From Octopus sinensis (lineage: Eukaryota): 64,000 nt of DNA. The translations under genes and the position numbers were made by a program. Of the stretch, positions 38,761 to 52,732 are shown one piece after another. The DNA is taken from assembly GCF_006345805.1 (NCBI RefSeq), contig NC_043006.1, positions 34,720,001-34,784,000 on the forward strand, read 5' to 3'. Under the pieces are notes generated by a model. That model had not been told where the DNA came from. It made no database searches and worked only from the letters and a program-made list of their open reading frames with translations. How positions within the stretch are numbered: position 1 is the stretch's first letter; each line of letters begins with the position of its first letter.

Positions 38761-39489
38761 TATCGGAAATAAACGTCTTTTTTTTCTTGCCCCACAACCT
38801 CCAAAATCGATAGTCATGTTCCTAATTGCAGTGACAGTGTTAATGATGATGGTTTTGTTGTTGTTGTTGTTGATGTTGTAATTCTTGTTTTTCTTGTTGC
38901 CACAATAAATACTTCTGATCCGAACGGTGACGACAGCAGTTGTGCTGTTGTTTCTAACTTAAAACGGGATTGTCTCTTTTCCTGTGTGAATGAGAATCAA
39001 TTTTTTATCCCGTTCCCCTTGGTCCCCTCCCTCTATTTTCTGTCTCCCTCTTCTCTTTCCTGCGCGTTGTTACATTTAACGCAATGATTCCTAGTTAACA
39101 TCTTACGGGTAATTTTCAAGCAAAAAACACAAAATGACTTCGGTACTTGGCATGGAGTGATAAGAGAATTGCTACTTCAGCTTTCGATCGCCTTCGAAAC
39201 AAAATACACATCAAAGGTTATTGAAAACTAATTCTGTACACAGCAACAACAACAACAATAATGAGGATGACGATTACTTTATTAACCACCAAGGGTTTAC
39301 AAAAAGGGTTTACCGGACGATACAATCTGGGATTACATGAGAGTGAGAACAGAAACAGTAACAGAATAATTACCCAAAGGTGAGAGATATCTGATGGTTA
39401 CTTGTGGAAACCGCACAAAACCATGGCTACTCTGAACACAAACGCAATAATGTTATCCTTGTTGTTTTCCTTCAATTTTTAGGCGTATG

Positions 39490-40345
39490 CTCAGAGCGCC
39501 TTCACTCGACCATGCTCACCAGTCTTACCCACTTGTCAACAAATTAGCTGAAAGGCTGTTCCTCTCTTCACTTTTCATTTCAAATGAAACTTGAAAAGGC
39601 TGACAGTTAGCTCAAAGACGAAGGTATCTGTCTTCAGCAATTTCGATCTGATCCACAATACAATCTCTTTCTGTAGGGTCAACAGGCTGATAAATATTAA
39701 CCCTCCTTCTTAGCCAAAGCTAAACGGTGGGACGATCTTCACAATGAACTCAACTGATTGAAACCTGAATCCGTCCCACACACGACAGCAACTACTTGAC
39801 ATAAACCTACATGTCGCTATACACGCATCTGGGGTTGGCCCGGTTGACACTATAGGTAGTTTAAACCGGTAATGTACCGCCCCTGACTGATAGGCCAAAA
39901 ATTTCCGGAAATTATCCATAGATCCCGGTCCGAAAGTCCTCTGGAACGAACCAGCCAGTTGCTTTTCCTCGATATACAGAGTTTCCCCGAGAACATCGTT
40001 GCTCTTTACCACTGTGAACCCTATATAACATCATGGTCAAATTCACACCGACCACTCTACCCGATTTGTAAGGGGCTGTGAGCCAGATACGAAGCGCCCT
40101 ATCTTTGTTTAATCCAAGAATAAAGTTCTCCATAAGAGGTGAGTGCAGAAAAGCAAGTTTGACGAAAAAGGCGGTCACACCTGATCAGTCAAGGATTTGT
40201 TGAAGGTGTCGCAGCCCCAGTGCAAGTTTGCGCTTCAGCAGCCAAAACATGCTCGGTATTCCACACAGCGGATATTGGCCGTAAAGGGCCTCTCCACATA
40301 AACCAGACAAGCAGGCACTTCAGTTCGGTCAAACGTGAACTGGGA
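39490..40345 (-). pseudogene. 3' region of a Tx1/L1-like LINE ORF2, decayed
   Basis: FQRTFGPGSMDNFRKFLAYQ..., SVEFIVKIVPPF..., SLFKFHL..KV; resembles recalled mollusc Tx1-like C-termini. Confidence 0.5.
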
Positions 40346-40360
40346 TAAATAATAATAATA

Positions 40361-40503
<143 letters not shown>

Positions 40504-40644
40504 CATCAGTTTTTAAGTTATAATTTTATAACAGGCGAAAAGAACAAAACAGAAAAAAAAAGAAGACGACAGACAAAAAGGAAGGAAAAAGAGAGAAAGA
40601 AGAATATTTAATCAAACAGTTTTGTATAAATTTGATAATATTCT

Positions 40645-40985
40645 CCTGCCGTCATATTCATTCCTCCAGGAACCCGCAAACATATTTCTCCTCATACATT
40701 CTGAGAAGTGAAAGTAAAGCAGATTCAGAATGTTTTCTGAGAATATGCACTTTCAAGTCTTCTTCAAAATTGCAGCCACTTGAAATGAAATGTTCAGAAA
40801 GTTCTATCGAATTACTGTTATTGTACCTGGCGTCGAATCTGCGCTCATTAAACCTTTTGTTTAATTGTTCTGTTGTACAACCAACATAAATTAAGTTGTA
40901 TTTCGTGCATTCTGCAGCGTACAACTAATGGGAATCTTTACATGTTCCACCTTACATGTTCCAACAATTTTTATCACTTCTTATT
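40645..40985 (-). pseudogene. Penelope-like GIY-YIG endonuclease fragment
   Basis: LYAAECTKYNLIYVGCTTEQLNKRFNERR...ELSEHF...DLKVHIL. Confidence 0.8.
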
Positions 40986-41098
40986 TTGAACTAGAATGTT
41001 TTCCTTGTTGTTCTCGTTCAACTAATTATCTTTCAATCCAATCGCGCTCTTCGTCTTGACTGTTTACCTTTGTGAAAAGTTACGTAAATCCTTTTTAA

Positions 41099-41155
<57 letters not shown>

Positions 41156-41177
41156 GATAATGATGATAATAATAATA

Positions 41178-41225
<48 letters not shown>

Positions 41226-41229
41226 TAAC

Positions 41230-41269
<40 letters not shown>

Positions 41270-41300
41270 TAATAATAATAATAATAATATAATAATAATA

Positions 41301-41625
41301 ATGGAGAAACTCTCAAAATACAAAGACCTGGAAATAGAGGTAACTAGAATGGGGAACCTGAAAACAGAAACAATTCCTATCATAGTAGGTGCATTAGGCA
41401 TGATAAAAAAATATTCAGACGAATACATAACAAAAACACCAGGACTTACAAACACATATAACATACAGAAAATTGCACTACTAGGCACTGCACACATCCT
41501 ACGCAGAACACTTTCCATACAATAACCATCAGAGCATCACAACAAATCACAGCACATACCCAAGGCACACAGAGCTGCGCTCGGTAGTGAAGTGAAAGCA
41601 CGCTATAAAAATAAAACTACTGAAT
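41301..41625 (+). mobile_element. R4/Dong-like LINE 3' end inserted in (TAA)n
   Basis: EKLSKYKDLEIEVTRM..KTETIPIIVGALG..QKIALLGTAHILRRTL plus UTR; (AAT)n on both sides. Confidence 0.85.
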
Positions 41626-41635
41626 AATAATAATA

Positions 41636-41700
<65 letters not shown>

Positions 41701-41703
41701 GAA

Positions 41704-42265
41704 GCCCTGATGCAAAACCAGGCACTGGCTACCACCTGATACAATACTGTGCACTGGCTCTCATGACTTCTGATATTAAGTGATGGAAAGTGTTGCTATG
41801 GACATGTTTTGTCCTGTAAAAAATGGGATACAGGAACATATTCTACTCAATTCCACACATTTGCCAGTCAGTTGCTTGACCATAACCAGTTGAGGATGTC
41901 CCTTAATGCATATCTAATCACGAGCAGTAATGGGGAGTATCATGGCCATGAGTTAAGAGGAATTCTTTGGGGTTTTGATAATTCGCTTCTGGAAATATAG
42001 GTGCTTCGTTCAACATCCTTAAACAACATTTATTCAGGGACTCTTTGAACGGGATGGGCTATTCGACCTGAAGAAAATTTAACTGGTCCCCACTTACAAG
42101 GTCATGCAATGTTTATCTTGATATGAGATCACCAGGTCGCGCACATATATTCGGGATGCATGTGCTCGGTGTATCTTAATCGGACAGGTAGTCATGATGG
42201 GTATATTGGGCTTCGTATATTTGTACCGCAGTGTCACTTTGATGCTTTGCCCTGCTCATTCACTC
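41704..42265 (+). mobile_element. Unclassified ~555-bp interspersed repeat (family E)
   Basis: Diverged full-length reverse complement of 49797-50351. Confidence 0.75.
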
Positions 42266-42304
42266 GATGATGATGATGAGGAGGAGGAGGAGGAGGAGGA
42301 GATT

Positions 42305-43115
42305 ATGCTGTGTGGAGTCGAAAGAAGGATTTAAGGAGAGCAAGCATATGGAAAGAAGTAGAATTATATGATCAATTCGTGCAACAAACCCAGAACTAAA
42401 GAATGCTGGTATGGGTGACGGAGGAGTAATTGAAACGAGATGCAGAAACGCTAAATACAGTTACAGTCGCTTAGGAACAAGCCATTAGAACAAACCTGGT
42501 AAAGGCAAGGATCGACAAAATCCAGTCAGACAGCAAATGTAGAATCCACGGAAAAGGGAATGGAACTATCAATCATCTCTTGAGTGAGTGCAGTAAACTA
42601 GCACAAATGGAGTATAAACGCAGACATGAATTTGTAGGTGAGAGACTGCTTTGTGTTGATTGTGTGGTTTCGAAATACCAGGTAAGTGGTATGAACCTGA
42701 ACCAGAGTTTATGGTACAAAATAAGAATTACAGGATCTTATGGGACTTCCCTACAAAAGACTGATCGCACTATTGAAGCAAGAACACCAGATATGATTAT
42801 AGAGGGCAAAATATACACAGTAAACATCATAGAAGAAACTGAAAAAATTGAGAAATATCAGAATTTGACCAGGGAGCTGAGGAGACTGTGGAAGACTAAA
42901 GCAACAATTATTCCCGTGGTAAATGGTGCTCTTGGCAGGACATTCATGATATTACCTAATTAATTGAGAGATATTGTAATTGCAACTTGCATTGAGGAAC
43001 TGCAGAAAAGTACCAATTTATATTCTGGAAAAATCATAAGGAAGTTTCTTGAGACTTGAGAATTGTCACGAAACATCAAGATAAAATACCTGCTAATTAA
43101 ATTATGATGATGACG
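42305..43115 (+). pseudogene. Old R4/Dong-like LINE C-terminus
   Basis: AIRTNLVKARIDK..SKCR...TINHLLSECSKLAQMEYKRRH, PDMII, EKIEKYQNL..ELRRLWK..IPVVNGALG. Confidence 0.8.
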
Positions 43116-43281
43116 ACGACGACGATAATGATGATGATATCAATACAGGACAAGAATTTCTGGTGAAAAGAGCGTTCAATTGTCTCGCTTCTGCTTTTCA
43201 ACAAACACCTTATTTTATGGAGTCAAGAAAGGCAAAGTCGAGTTCAACCGGATTTGCATAGAAGATACAAAAGAATGTGAT

Positions 43282-43503
43282 GAAATAATCCTATATACTC
43301 CAGGCACAAAGCCAAAAATTTGTGGGGAGGTGACTAGCCGATTAGATCGACTCCAGTGTTTCACTGGTACTTAATTCATTGACACCGAAAGGATGAAAGG
43401 CAAAGTCGACCTCAGCGGAATTTGGACTCAGAACGTAGCGATGGGCGAAATACCGCTAAGCATTAAGTCCAGCACGTTAACGACTCAGCCAGGTTGCCGC
43501 CTT
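43282..43503 (-). mobile_element. SINE family A
   Basis: Full family match. Confidence 0.8.
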
Positions 43504-44004
43504 GACGTGATTATATAAAGCATGGTATCTTGTACGTAACTGCAATGGTTTACCAAACCACCACCACCGCTATCAAAACAAAACAAAAACAACAGCAATA
43601 ATGATAGAAATAATTGTTTCTGATATTGGTGCTGAGCAAGAAATTTGCAGGAAGAGGTTTACTCAAGTACTTGACTGGTTGTGCATTCTGACGAACCCTG
43701 AAGAACGAAACGTAAGGCTGAGCGTCGCCGCGTTTTGAACGCTAAATGTAAATATTGAGAAAATCCTTCGAACATTGACATTCCGGTGCTCTATCGACTC
43801 TTCTAATCCACAACCATTCGCTTCTAATTTAGGCATAAGGTCAGGAATTTTAAGGCGATGGGGTCGACCGAAAAGAACCTACAGCAAGGGTGACCTCGGC
43901 AAGATTTCAATGCAAGTTAAAAACCAGAAGTCATAACCGAAGGCATTTACTCCAACAATAGTGATACTGGCACATAATTTCTTTTAATTTTAGCACAGGG
44001 CAGG

Positions 44005-44158
44005 CTTGCCTATGTGAAAAGAAGTTTACTCCCCAACCACATGGATCCGAGTTCAATCCCACTGTCTGGTACCTTGGGCAAATATATTTTATTATATCCA
44101 CGGGCTGGGCAAGGCCTTATAAGTGAATTTGGTAGGCGGAAACTGAAAGACGCTCTTC

Positions 44159-44232
<74 letters not shown>

Positions 44233-44465
44233 AGAGAGCGTGTGTGTGCGTGTGTTTTTGTGTCTGTGTTTGTTCCACACAACTGCTTAACCGGTGTTGG
44301 TTTGTTTACGTCCCCGTTACCGTGCAGTTCGAAATAAAAACCGATAAAATAAGAGCCAGGCTTTTAAAACAACAGTACTGAGGTTGATTCATTCGAGTAA
44401 AACTATTTCTCAAGGCGGTGCCCCAGCATGGCCTCAGATTAATGACTGAAACAAACTATAAAAGA
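44005..44465 (+). mobile_element. SINE family B, diverged
   Basis: Head GAGTTCAATCC, middle CCTTGGGCAAAT, tail CCCCAGCATGGCC. Confidence 0.75.
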
Positions 44466-44839
44466 AAAAGGAGCCAGCAACTTTGAGAAAAGAATATCGA
44501 TTACATCGATCCCAGTGCTCAATCGGTGATTATTCTATCAACCTCCGAAAGGATGAAAGGCAAAGTCGACTTCGGTGGCAGCCATGATACTGCGAAATAA
44601 TAATAGCGATTATAACAACGATGGTGTAGTTTGTGTGTGTGCGTGTGTGTGTGTGTATTTGTGCTTGTGTGTGTGTGTGTGTGTTTCACCATAAGAGTAA
44701 TAAGAAGAAAAAAGCATTACAAATTCAAAGGTTATTAATATAACTTAAATTGGAAGTTGATTTTTGGATATGATGAGGACGTAGAAGAAATAACATTATA
44801 AGCCGCAGCAGCAGCAGCAACAGCAGTAGCAGTAGCAGC

Positions 44840-44912
<73 letters not shown>

Positions 44913-45094
44913 AAACTATCAATCGACCCAAGAGCAAATAGCTGAGAAATGAAAATAAAAAAATAAAAAACAAATGAGAAAAATAATGTAATAATCTATG
45001 TTTAACTGATCTTAAAACTTCTATAGAAGAATGTCATGAATAATAAATAATAATAATAATGATGATGATGATGATGATTATGATGATGATAATG

Positions 45095-45140
<46 letters not shown>

Positions 45141-45144
45141 TAAC

Positions 45145-45229
<85 letters not shown>

Positions 45230-46223
45230 GAGGTGATGGTGGTAAGTGGTAATATGTTAGTGAGTGGAAGAAAAATCAGAAACGGTTGCAAGATAACTAA
45301 GGCCATCTACAATCGCTTATGTTTCACGATTATTTCAGAACAGACGAGAAATAATTGGCCGACATGTTTTTTGTTTCATTTCATTTTTTTTTTTTGCTTC
45401 TCTACTGTTATATTTTGTATTTATATATTTATATATTTATGTTTTACTTTTTTATATGTATCTTACTCTTTTAAATATGTTTCGTTTGCTTTTTATGCAT
45501 TCATTCAACTAAAAACGAAAAAAAAACAAAACAAAAGAAAGCCAGAACAAAACGGGAAACGATGCAAAAGAGACGATAAAATATGAAAGATATCTTCATT
45601 GAGTCTCTTTATCAGAAAAAGAAAAATAAATGATTTTGCGCTTTATTATGGCTGGTTGTTTTATCGATGTGTTCTTTTCTGATTTTTTTTTGTTTTGTTT
45701 TTTTGTTGTTTTTGAATTAGATTTAGAGTTTGTGTGTGTCTGTGAGAACGTGGTTATCTATGGCAAATGTGTGTGGGTGTATGTGTCGTAAATATGTGTG
45801 AGTATATGTTGTGAACACGTATGTGCCTTACAATTATGTATGAGTCCGGTTGCCAGTGTTAGTGTTAGTGTGTGTGTGCGTATGTATGTGTGTGTGCGCG
45901 GGCGTGTGTTGGGGGATGTATGTGTTTGAGTTTCCTTTTATATAATCTTTGTTATTGTCTGTTTTTGAAACACATGAAATATTCAGCTATAATTGTTCTT
46001 AGCATGTTGTGTTGTTATCGTTTCCAAAAGTTATTGGATTCTTTCGGTTCAACTTAGACGCACATACCTACGTACACAACACACACGTACACAGACACAC
46101 ACACATACGTACATTTGTACACATACTCATATACAAACACATATATATTATACTAGTATGTATTTCAATGTGTTTGAGTGATGTTTATCTCAAACGAATA
46201 TACAATCACATGCATACATTTTA

Positions 46224-46261
<38 letters not shown>

Positions 46262-46309
46262 TACATATATATATACATATATATACATATATTTATATAT
46301 TAAATATTA

Positions 46310-46456
46310 TATATGTATATATATCTAATATATATAATATATATATAGATTATATATATTATATATATGTATATACTATATGTGCGTGTGTGTGTGTATG
46401 TATATATATATATAATTTATATATACTATGTGCGCAAATTACTTACCTATATATAT

Positions 46457-46489
<33 letters not shown>

Positions 46490-46915
46490 GCGTGTATGTA
46501 TGTTTGTTTGTATGTACGTATGTATTTATGAATGTACGTATATGCAGTTTTATACATATAGATATGGATATGTATGATATAAATTTAAGCATAAGTGCGT
46601 CGACTAATATGTGTATATATATCTAATATATATATATATATATTATATATTATATATATGTATATACTATATGTGCGTGTGTGTGTGTATGTATATATAT
46701 ATATATTATATATACTATGTGCGCAAATTACTACCTATATATATATATATATATTATATATATATATATATATATATGCGTGTATGTATGTTTGTTTGTA
46801 TGTACGTATGTATTTATGAATGTACGTATATGCAGTTTTATACATATAGATATCGATATGTATGATATAAATTTAAGCATAAGTGCGTCGACTAATATGT
46901 GTATATAGATCTAAA
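46310..46915. repeat. 288-bp tandem duplication of a compound microsatellite block
   Basis: AAATTTAAGCATAAGTGCGTCGACTAATATG at 46581 and 46869. Confidence 0.85.
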
Positions 46916-46968
46916 TATTGATACATGTATATATATAATATAGTACTTATTTAAACGCGTATAGAAGT

Positions 46969-47046
<78 letters not shown>

Positions 47047-47115
47047 CACACATACATATTCATACATGTATATACATATAAACATACATATTCATACATG
47101 TATATATATATATAA

Positions 47116-47155
<40 letters not shown>

Positions 47156-47254
47156 CATATATACATGCATACAAACATATATGTACACATAGATGCACGG
47201 GTGTGTTGCATATGTTTGTCTGTTGCCAGAAAGGAGAATTATTAGAAACTCAGA

Positions 47255-47440
47255 CAGATTACTTAGCGGCGTTTCTTTTTGCTCTTTACGTCCCTAGTTG
47301 AAATTGCACCGAGGTCGTCTTTGCCTTTCATTCTTTCGGGAACCAGAACACAGGTAGCGGCTGAACGCTAGGATCGATGTAATCGACTAATAACCGCCAC
47401 CAAAATTCCACTCCTTATGATAGAGATGCCTACAATAAAA
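47255..47440 (+). mobile_element. SINE family A, old copy
   Basis: CTTAGCGGCGTTTC...GAGGTCGTCTTTGCCTTTCATTCTTTCGGG. Confidence 0.6.
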
Positions 47441-47918
47441 ATTATTATTGCGCTCGCTGCCCTCTATGGAGTCGGGCATTGCAGTAAGTGGAAGTTCAAT
47501 GGTAGCGATATATAAATATCTAGGGGTGGGTAAGAGTGATAACATTCCTAGGGAAACTCTAAGCGTCGATGAGGATTAACTAACTGGCTTGTTATGAGGG
47601 GTCCACGAGCTTAGGATTGCCATGGCCTGCCCAGAAATACCTGGCCTATCAGTGCCACCGAGAAGCACTGCCGGTTCGAGATAAGCTCTACCGGCACAGA
47701 AGTGCGCGGAAGACGGGTGACTGTGATGGAAAGGGTTTGGGTGGATGGACCTAGTCTAAGCGTGCGTCTATAGATTGGAGAGCAACATTTGGAAGAGGAC
47801 CCGTGACTTTTGTGTTCAGAGTAATCCTGCATCTGTCGATGAATCAAGTACCAATGAATCAACTAGTCTCCTCCCAAATTCCAGGCTTTGTGCCTTTTGT
47901 AGACAGGATTATTAATTA

Positions 47919-47964
<46 letters not shown>

Positions 47965-47997
47965 TTATTATTATTATTATCATCATCATCATCATCA

Positions 47998-48032
<35 letters not shown>

Positions 48033-48053
48033 ATTATTATTATTATTATTATT

Positions 48054-48159
<106 letters not shown>

Positions 48160-48174
48160 AGTTGTCGAGCACAC

Positions 48175-48330
48175 GGGCAAAATACTTAGCGGCATCTTGT
48201 CTGCCTTTACTTTACGAGTTCCATTCCCGCCGATGTCGATTTTGATATTTATCCTCACGGGGGGCTATAAAATGAGCACCAATTAAGCACTGCTGTCGAT
48301 GTAAATGATCAACCCACCTCTCTCAAAATC
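48175..48330 (+). mobile_element. SINE family A, old copy
   Basis: ATACTTAGCGGCATC...CCGCCGATGTCGATTTTG...AAGCACTGCTGTCGATGTAA. Confidence 0.55.
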
Positions 48331-48609
48331 TCAATGGAAAAGAGTATCATTATTATTACTATTATGTGGGGTTTTTTTCCTTCTCTGGCATCGTAAACGC
48401 CTTGCGATACCACATTTCCTCGATTTCAATGAAGATGTCTTTATATTTTCTGAGCTTGTCAAATTCTTTTGCTGAGATAGTATGATCACAACGAATACAC
48501 AAGTCGATCAATAAACAGACTTTATTGTTTTAGTCTTTCACAACATTATCTGGTTTATTATCTTTGATGGCTCTCTCTGTATGTACTGGGAAGTCCCAAA
48601 CAATCGTTA

Positions 48610-48693
<84 letters not shown>

Positions 48694-48697
48694 TACA

Positions 48698-49126
48698 ACA
48701 GTATACAACCACTCTATCGCTCCACCACCGCTCGTGTCTCTTTGAGACATTTAGAAATTCAATATTTCTAATTACGGTGACCAGTGAATAGATTTCACTG
48801 TAAATATATGTATTTGCGAAGGCTAGACAGGCATCTCAACTAGCAGGTCTCATTATCCTGGACTGATGACGGGTAAGACCCAGAAACATGCATGTCTTCA
48901 GGTGTGAATCCTAGCTGGTGGAGGTGCTTGCCTCCCCTTCGCAAATATAAGGACACAGGAAATGTGTCAAAGTCAACAGGAAGCGTCGATGCTTCCTAGG
49001 CCTAAACAGCGGTGGTGTAATTCCCTTACGGGACTGTCACGTTATGTTGACAGTATACAACCACTCTATCACTCCACCACCGCTCATGTCTCTCTGAGAC
49101 ATTTAGAAATTCAATATTTCTAATTA
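48698..49126 (+). mobile_element. 352-nt retrozyme-like unit with 77-bp terminal redundancy
   Basis: 48698-48774 repeats at 49050-49126 (3 mismatches); HHR inside; (TAT)n on both sides. Confidence 0.8.
48857..48902 (+). ncRNA. Type I hammerhead ribozyme
   Basis: CCUGGA-CUGAUGA-C-GGGU aag ACCC-A-GAAAC-AUGCAU-GUC^UUCAGG; 10-nt palindrome ACAUGCAUGU; C.A mismatch at stem II base. Confidence 0.82.
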
Positions 49127-49139
49127 TTATTATTATTTA

Positions 49140-49700
49140 GTTTTAATTCGTATGCTTGCTACAATCGCTTGCGGATACACACCCAGCCTCCTAGGGCGAG
49201 TGAAGGACAAGAAATCTTACAGTATGACTAAAACTTTGGTGAGGGGGAAGTGGCAGGGGCAGTAGCGAAATATCTTTATGTAATACAACACAGAGAATTA
49301 AATTAATTGAATTTTCTAGGGATGTGGGCAGTACTTGTCAGTGTAATATTTTGGATTTCTCTGAGACATGGTTCTCCTGGGATATTATCTAGATGTTTCT
49401 GACATCCCTTTCTTATTATTCCCAGGGCACCCACAATAACAGGAACAGTTCTCGCTTTAAGATGCCACATCTTTTGTATTTCAATTTCCAGGTCCCTATA
49501 TTTACTTAATTTGTCAAATTCCTTTACAGATATATTTTTATCAGTGGAAACACTTACATCTATTAGTCAACAAATATTATTTTCTTCCTAGTTTTTAATG
49601 ACTATGTCTGGTCCATTAGCCTGGATCGTTCTATTGGTGTTGAGTGGAAAATCTCAGAGGATAGTGACATTTTTACCTTCAATGACTGGCTTTCATCCTA
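49140..49700 (-). pseudogene. R4/Dong-like LINE C-terminus
   Basis: TNRTIQANGPDIVIKN..LIDVSV..EFDKLSKYRDLEIEIQKMWHLK..VPVIVGALG. Confidence 0.85.
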
Positions 49701-49734
49701 CACAAGCCTGACATTCTTACTTCTAATAATAGCG

Positions 49735-49796
<62 letters not shown>

Positions 49797-49797
<1 letters not shown>

Positions 49798-50351
49798 GAG
49801 CGAGAGAGCAGTGCATGCCATCAAAGTGACACTGGGATAAAATATACGAAGCCCAATATACCCATCATGACTACACGTCTGATAATGGTGGACTAGGTAC
49901 ATGCATCACAACCATATGTGCGCGACATGGTGATATCACATCAAGATAAACAGCATATGACCTTGCAGGTGGGGCCCACTTAGAATTTTCTTCTAGTTGA
50001 GTAACCCATCCCGCTCAAAAGGTCCCTGAATAAAGGCTGTTTAAGGATGTTGAACGAAACACCCATGTTTCCAAAGGTGAATTATTCAAACCCCAAAGAA
50101 TCCCGCTCAACACATGGCTATGATGCTCCCCCACTACTTCTGCTCGTGATCAGAGATGCACATATTGTCAGCCACTAAGGGACTTGCTCAACTGGTTAAG
50201 GTCAAACAACTGACAAGCAAATCTGTGGTATTGAGCAGAATATTTGCTGTAGCCCATCTTTTATACCAAGACAAAACAATGTACATGATAACACATCCAA
50301 TCAGTTAAGATCAGAAGCCATGAGAGCCACTGCCTGGTACTGCATCAGGGC
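49797..50351 (-). mobile_element. Family E repeat with (AAT)n tail
   Basis: Starts GCCCTGATGCAGTACCAGGCAGTGGCTCTC, ends CACTGCTCTCTCGCTC+(AAT)n. Confidence 0.75.
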
Positions 50352-51210
50352 ATTTATCATTATTATTATTATTATCATCTAAAGCGAAGGTCTGTCAGTC
50401 TGGTGACGTGGATGATGTGTTGATGGAGATATTTGTGATGTGGTTGTTGATTTCTTGTTTCCTTTTCTAATTTGCTTCGTTTGTTCCTGATTTGTTTTTC
50501 CCAATTGTTTTCCTTTGTTTTATGTTGTGTTTGTTTGATTTCAGTCTGTGTGTCTGAGTTTGTGTGTGTGGTGTGTGTGTGTGTGTGATTATTTCCTACG
50601 CGTGATGAAAAACATTAATTTTGTTGTTATTTCTTTTGTGTGTTTGTTTCATTGTTTTTGATTTTTCTTTTTTCTTTTCTCTATCTGTTTTTTTTTTTTA
50701 AAGATACTTCGAAAAATGTTAACCAACTACAAGAGAAATTCATATAAGATGACTAAGGTGAGAGTGTCCAGTAGCAAGTATTTGAACAGCATGGTCAAAT
50801 ACTATCAAATTCCATACCACATAAATTCTTGTTTTCCTACTATCGTCCCTGGTTATTAATGATGCATCAATAATGCAAGTAGCAATTAAGACGAGTTCTA
50901 CCTGAGAAGGGGAGATATTCTCCAGGTGTATGATGATCCCAAATTTAACTTTCTATTAAAAGACAAAAGACAGGTTTATTGTCTGGGGATTAGTGGACAG
51001 TAGTGAGCACGTGATTTTGACTCAATATTTGTTATCATCAGCGCAATATCCCGACCACATCTCCTCTGTCCAAATGACTTTCTGTCCTAGGGACTTAGAC
51101 TTAAGGAAAAGAACAAAAAACACATTCATGGCCAACCATTTACATTTACCCGTTGACACCAACGCAAGACAACAATGCTCAATGTTGCAAGCAGCAGCAG
51201 CAGCAGCAAC

Positions 51211-51263
<53 letters not shown>

Positions 51264-51278
51264 CAGCAGTAGCAGTAT

Positions 51279-51311
<33 letters not shown>

Positions 51312-51315
51312 CAGT

Positions 51316-51347
<32 letters not shown>

Positions 51348-51417
51348 AACTCAGAACGTAGCAGCAGCAGTAGTAGTAGTAGAACTCAGAACGTAGTAGA
51401 ACTCGTAGTAGAACTCG

Positions 51418-51572
51418 CTACGTTCTGAGTTCAAATTACGCCGAGGTCGACTTTGCCTTTCATCCTTAATAAGTACCAGTTACGGACTGGGGGTCGATGT
51501 AATCGACTTAATCCGTTTGTCTGTCCTTGTTTGTCCCCTCTGTGTTTAGCCCCTTGTGGGTGGTGAAGAAAT

Positions 51573-51575
<3 letters not shown>
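51418..51575 (+). mobile_element. 5'-truncated SINE family A inside (AGT)n
   Basis: CTACGTTCTGAGTTCAAATTACGCCGAGGTCG...; tail matches 80-190. Confidence 0.8.
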
Positions 51576-51617
<42 letters not shown>

Positions 51618-52000
51618 AAAGAGGAGGAGGAGGGGAAGGTGCGGAAGGGTTGGGTTTTTTTGTTGTAGCTGTTGTTGCTATCATTATTTGGCTACGTGTC
51701 GCTCGGAGCATGCAAACCTTAACCTAATGTTAAACATATTACAGAGATCGCCATGTCATCTTTTGAAAACCTATTTTGTCCTTCGTTATTTACTCCTCCA
51801 TTATTTCATAATAGACTTAACTCTACATTTTTATTACATCGAACCTTCCACCGAGATGCTGAAGTATAAAACAACAACCGTGAACGGATTTAATAAAAGG
51901 AAAACAAAACATTCCAGAAACATGGATGGAAAAAAGAAAAAAAAAGCTAACAACCGGAAGTTATAACACCCGATGACTTCTCCCAGTGTATTGGATAGAA

Positions 52001-52376
52001 GCACTCCGTCGGTTCCGACGACGAGGGTTCCGGTTGATCCGATCAACGGAACAGCCTGCTCGTGAAATTAACGTGTAAGTGGCTGAGCATTCCACAGACA
52101 CGTGTACCCTTAACGTAGTTCTCGGGGATATTCAGCGTGACACAGAGAGTGACAAGGCCGGCCCTTTGAAATACAGGTACAACAGAAACAGGAAGTAAGA
52201 GTGAGAGAAAGTTGTGGTGAAAGAGTACAGCAGGGATCACCAGCATCCCTGCCGGAGCCTTGTGGAGCCTTAGGTGGTTTCGCTCAATAAACACTCACAA
52301 CGCCCGGTCTGGGAATCGAAACCGCGATCCTACGGCCACGAGTCCGCTGCCCTAACCACTGGGCCATTGCGCCTCC
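52001..52376 (-). mobile_element. SINE family C, full length
   Basis: tRNA-like head with A and B boxes; two 3' stem-loops (CGTCGG/CCGACG; GTTGATC/GATCAAC). Confidence 0.88.
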
Positions 52377-52732
52377 ACCCCAGTGTATTATCTCCATGTC
52401 TTTATCAGATCTATGACTGCGTCTGAGAGTCGAGAACTGGATTCATATTCGTTTCGAAAAATGTACTTAGAAATATTCTTCTTTCCACAGACATTCTCCA
52501 GAGTCGGCGAGACTGACGAATGCCACCTGCGATCATTGTCATATTTTCCAAAGTTTCTTTCTTTTAAGACAAGATTGTGTGATATGAGGAATACTTGGCT
52601 GCTATTTTAGCAGAATTGGTGACTACTTAGAAGCTTCCAAGCTGGATTAACTATTCTCTCTCTCATTCTATTTCCTTCGCTCTATCTTTCTCTCTTTCTC
52701 TCTTTCTTTCTTTGTATATATATATATATATA

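Noticed and set aside
43685-43720. CTGAAGAACGAAACGTAAGG as a hammerhead
   Set aside because: No stem II; it is a degenerate SINE family A body
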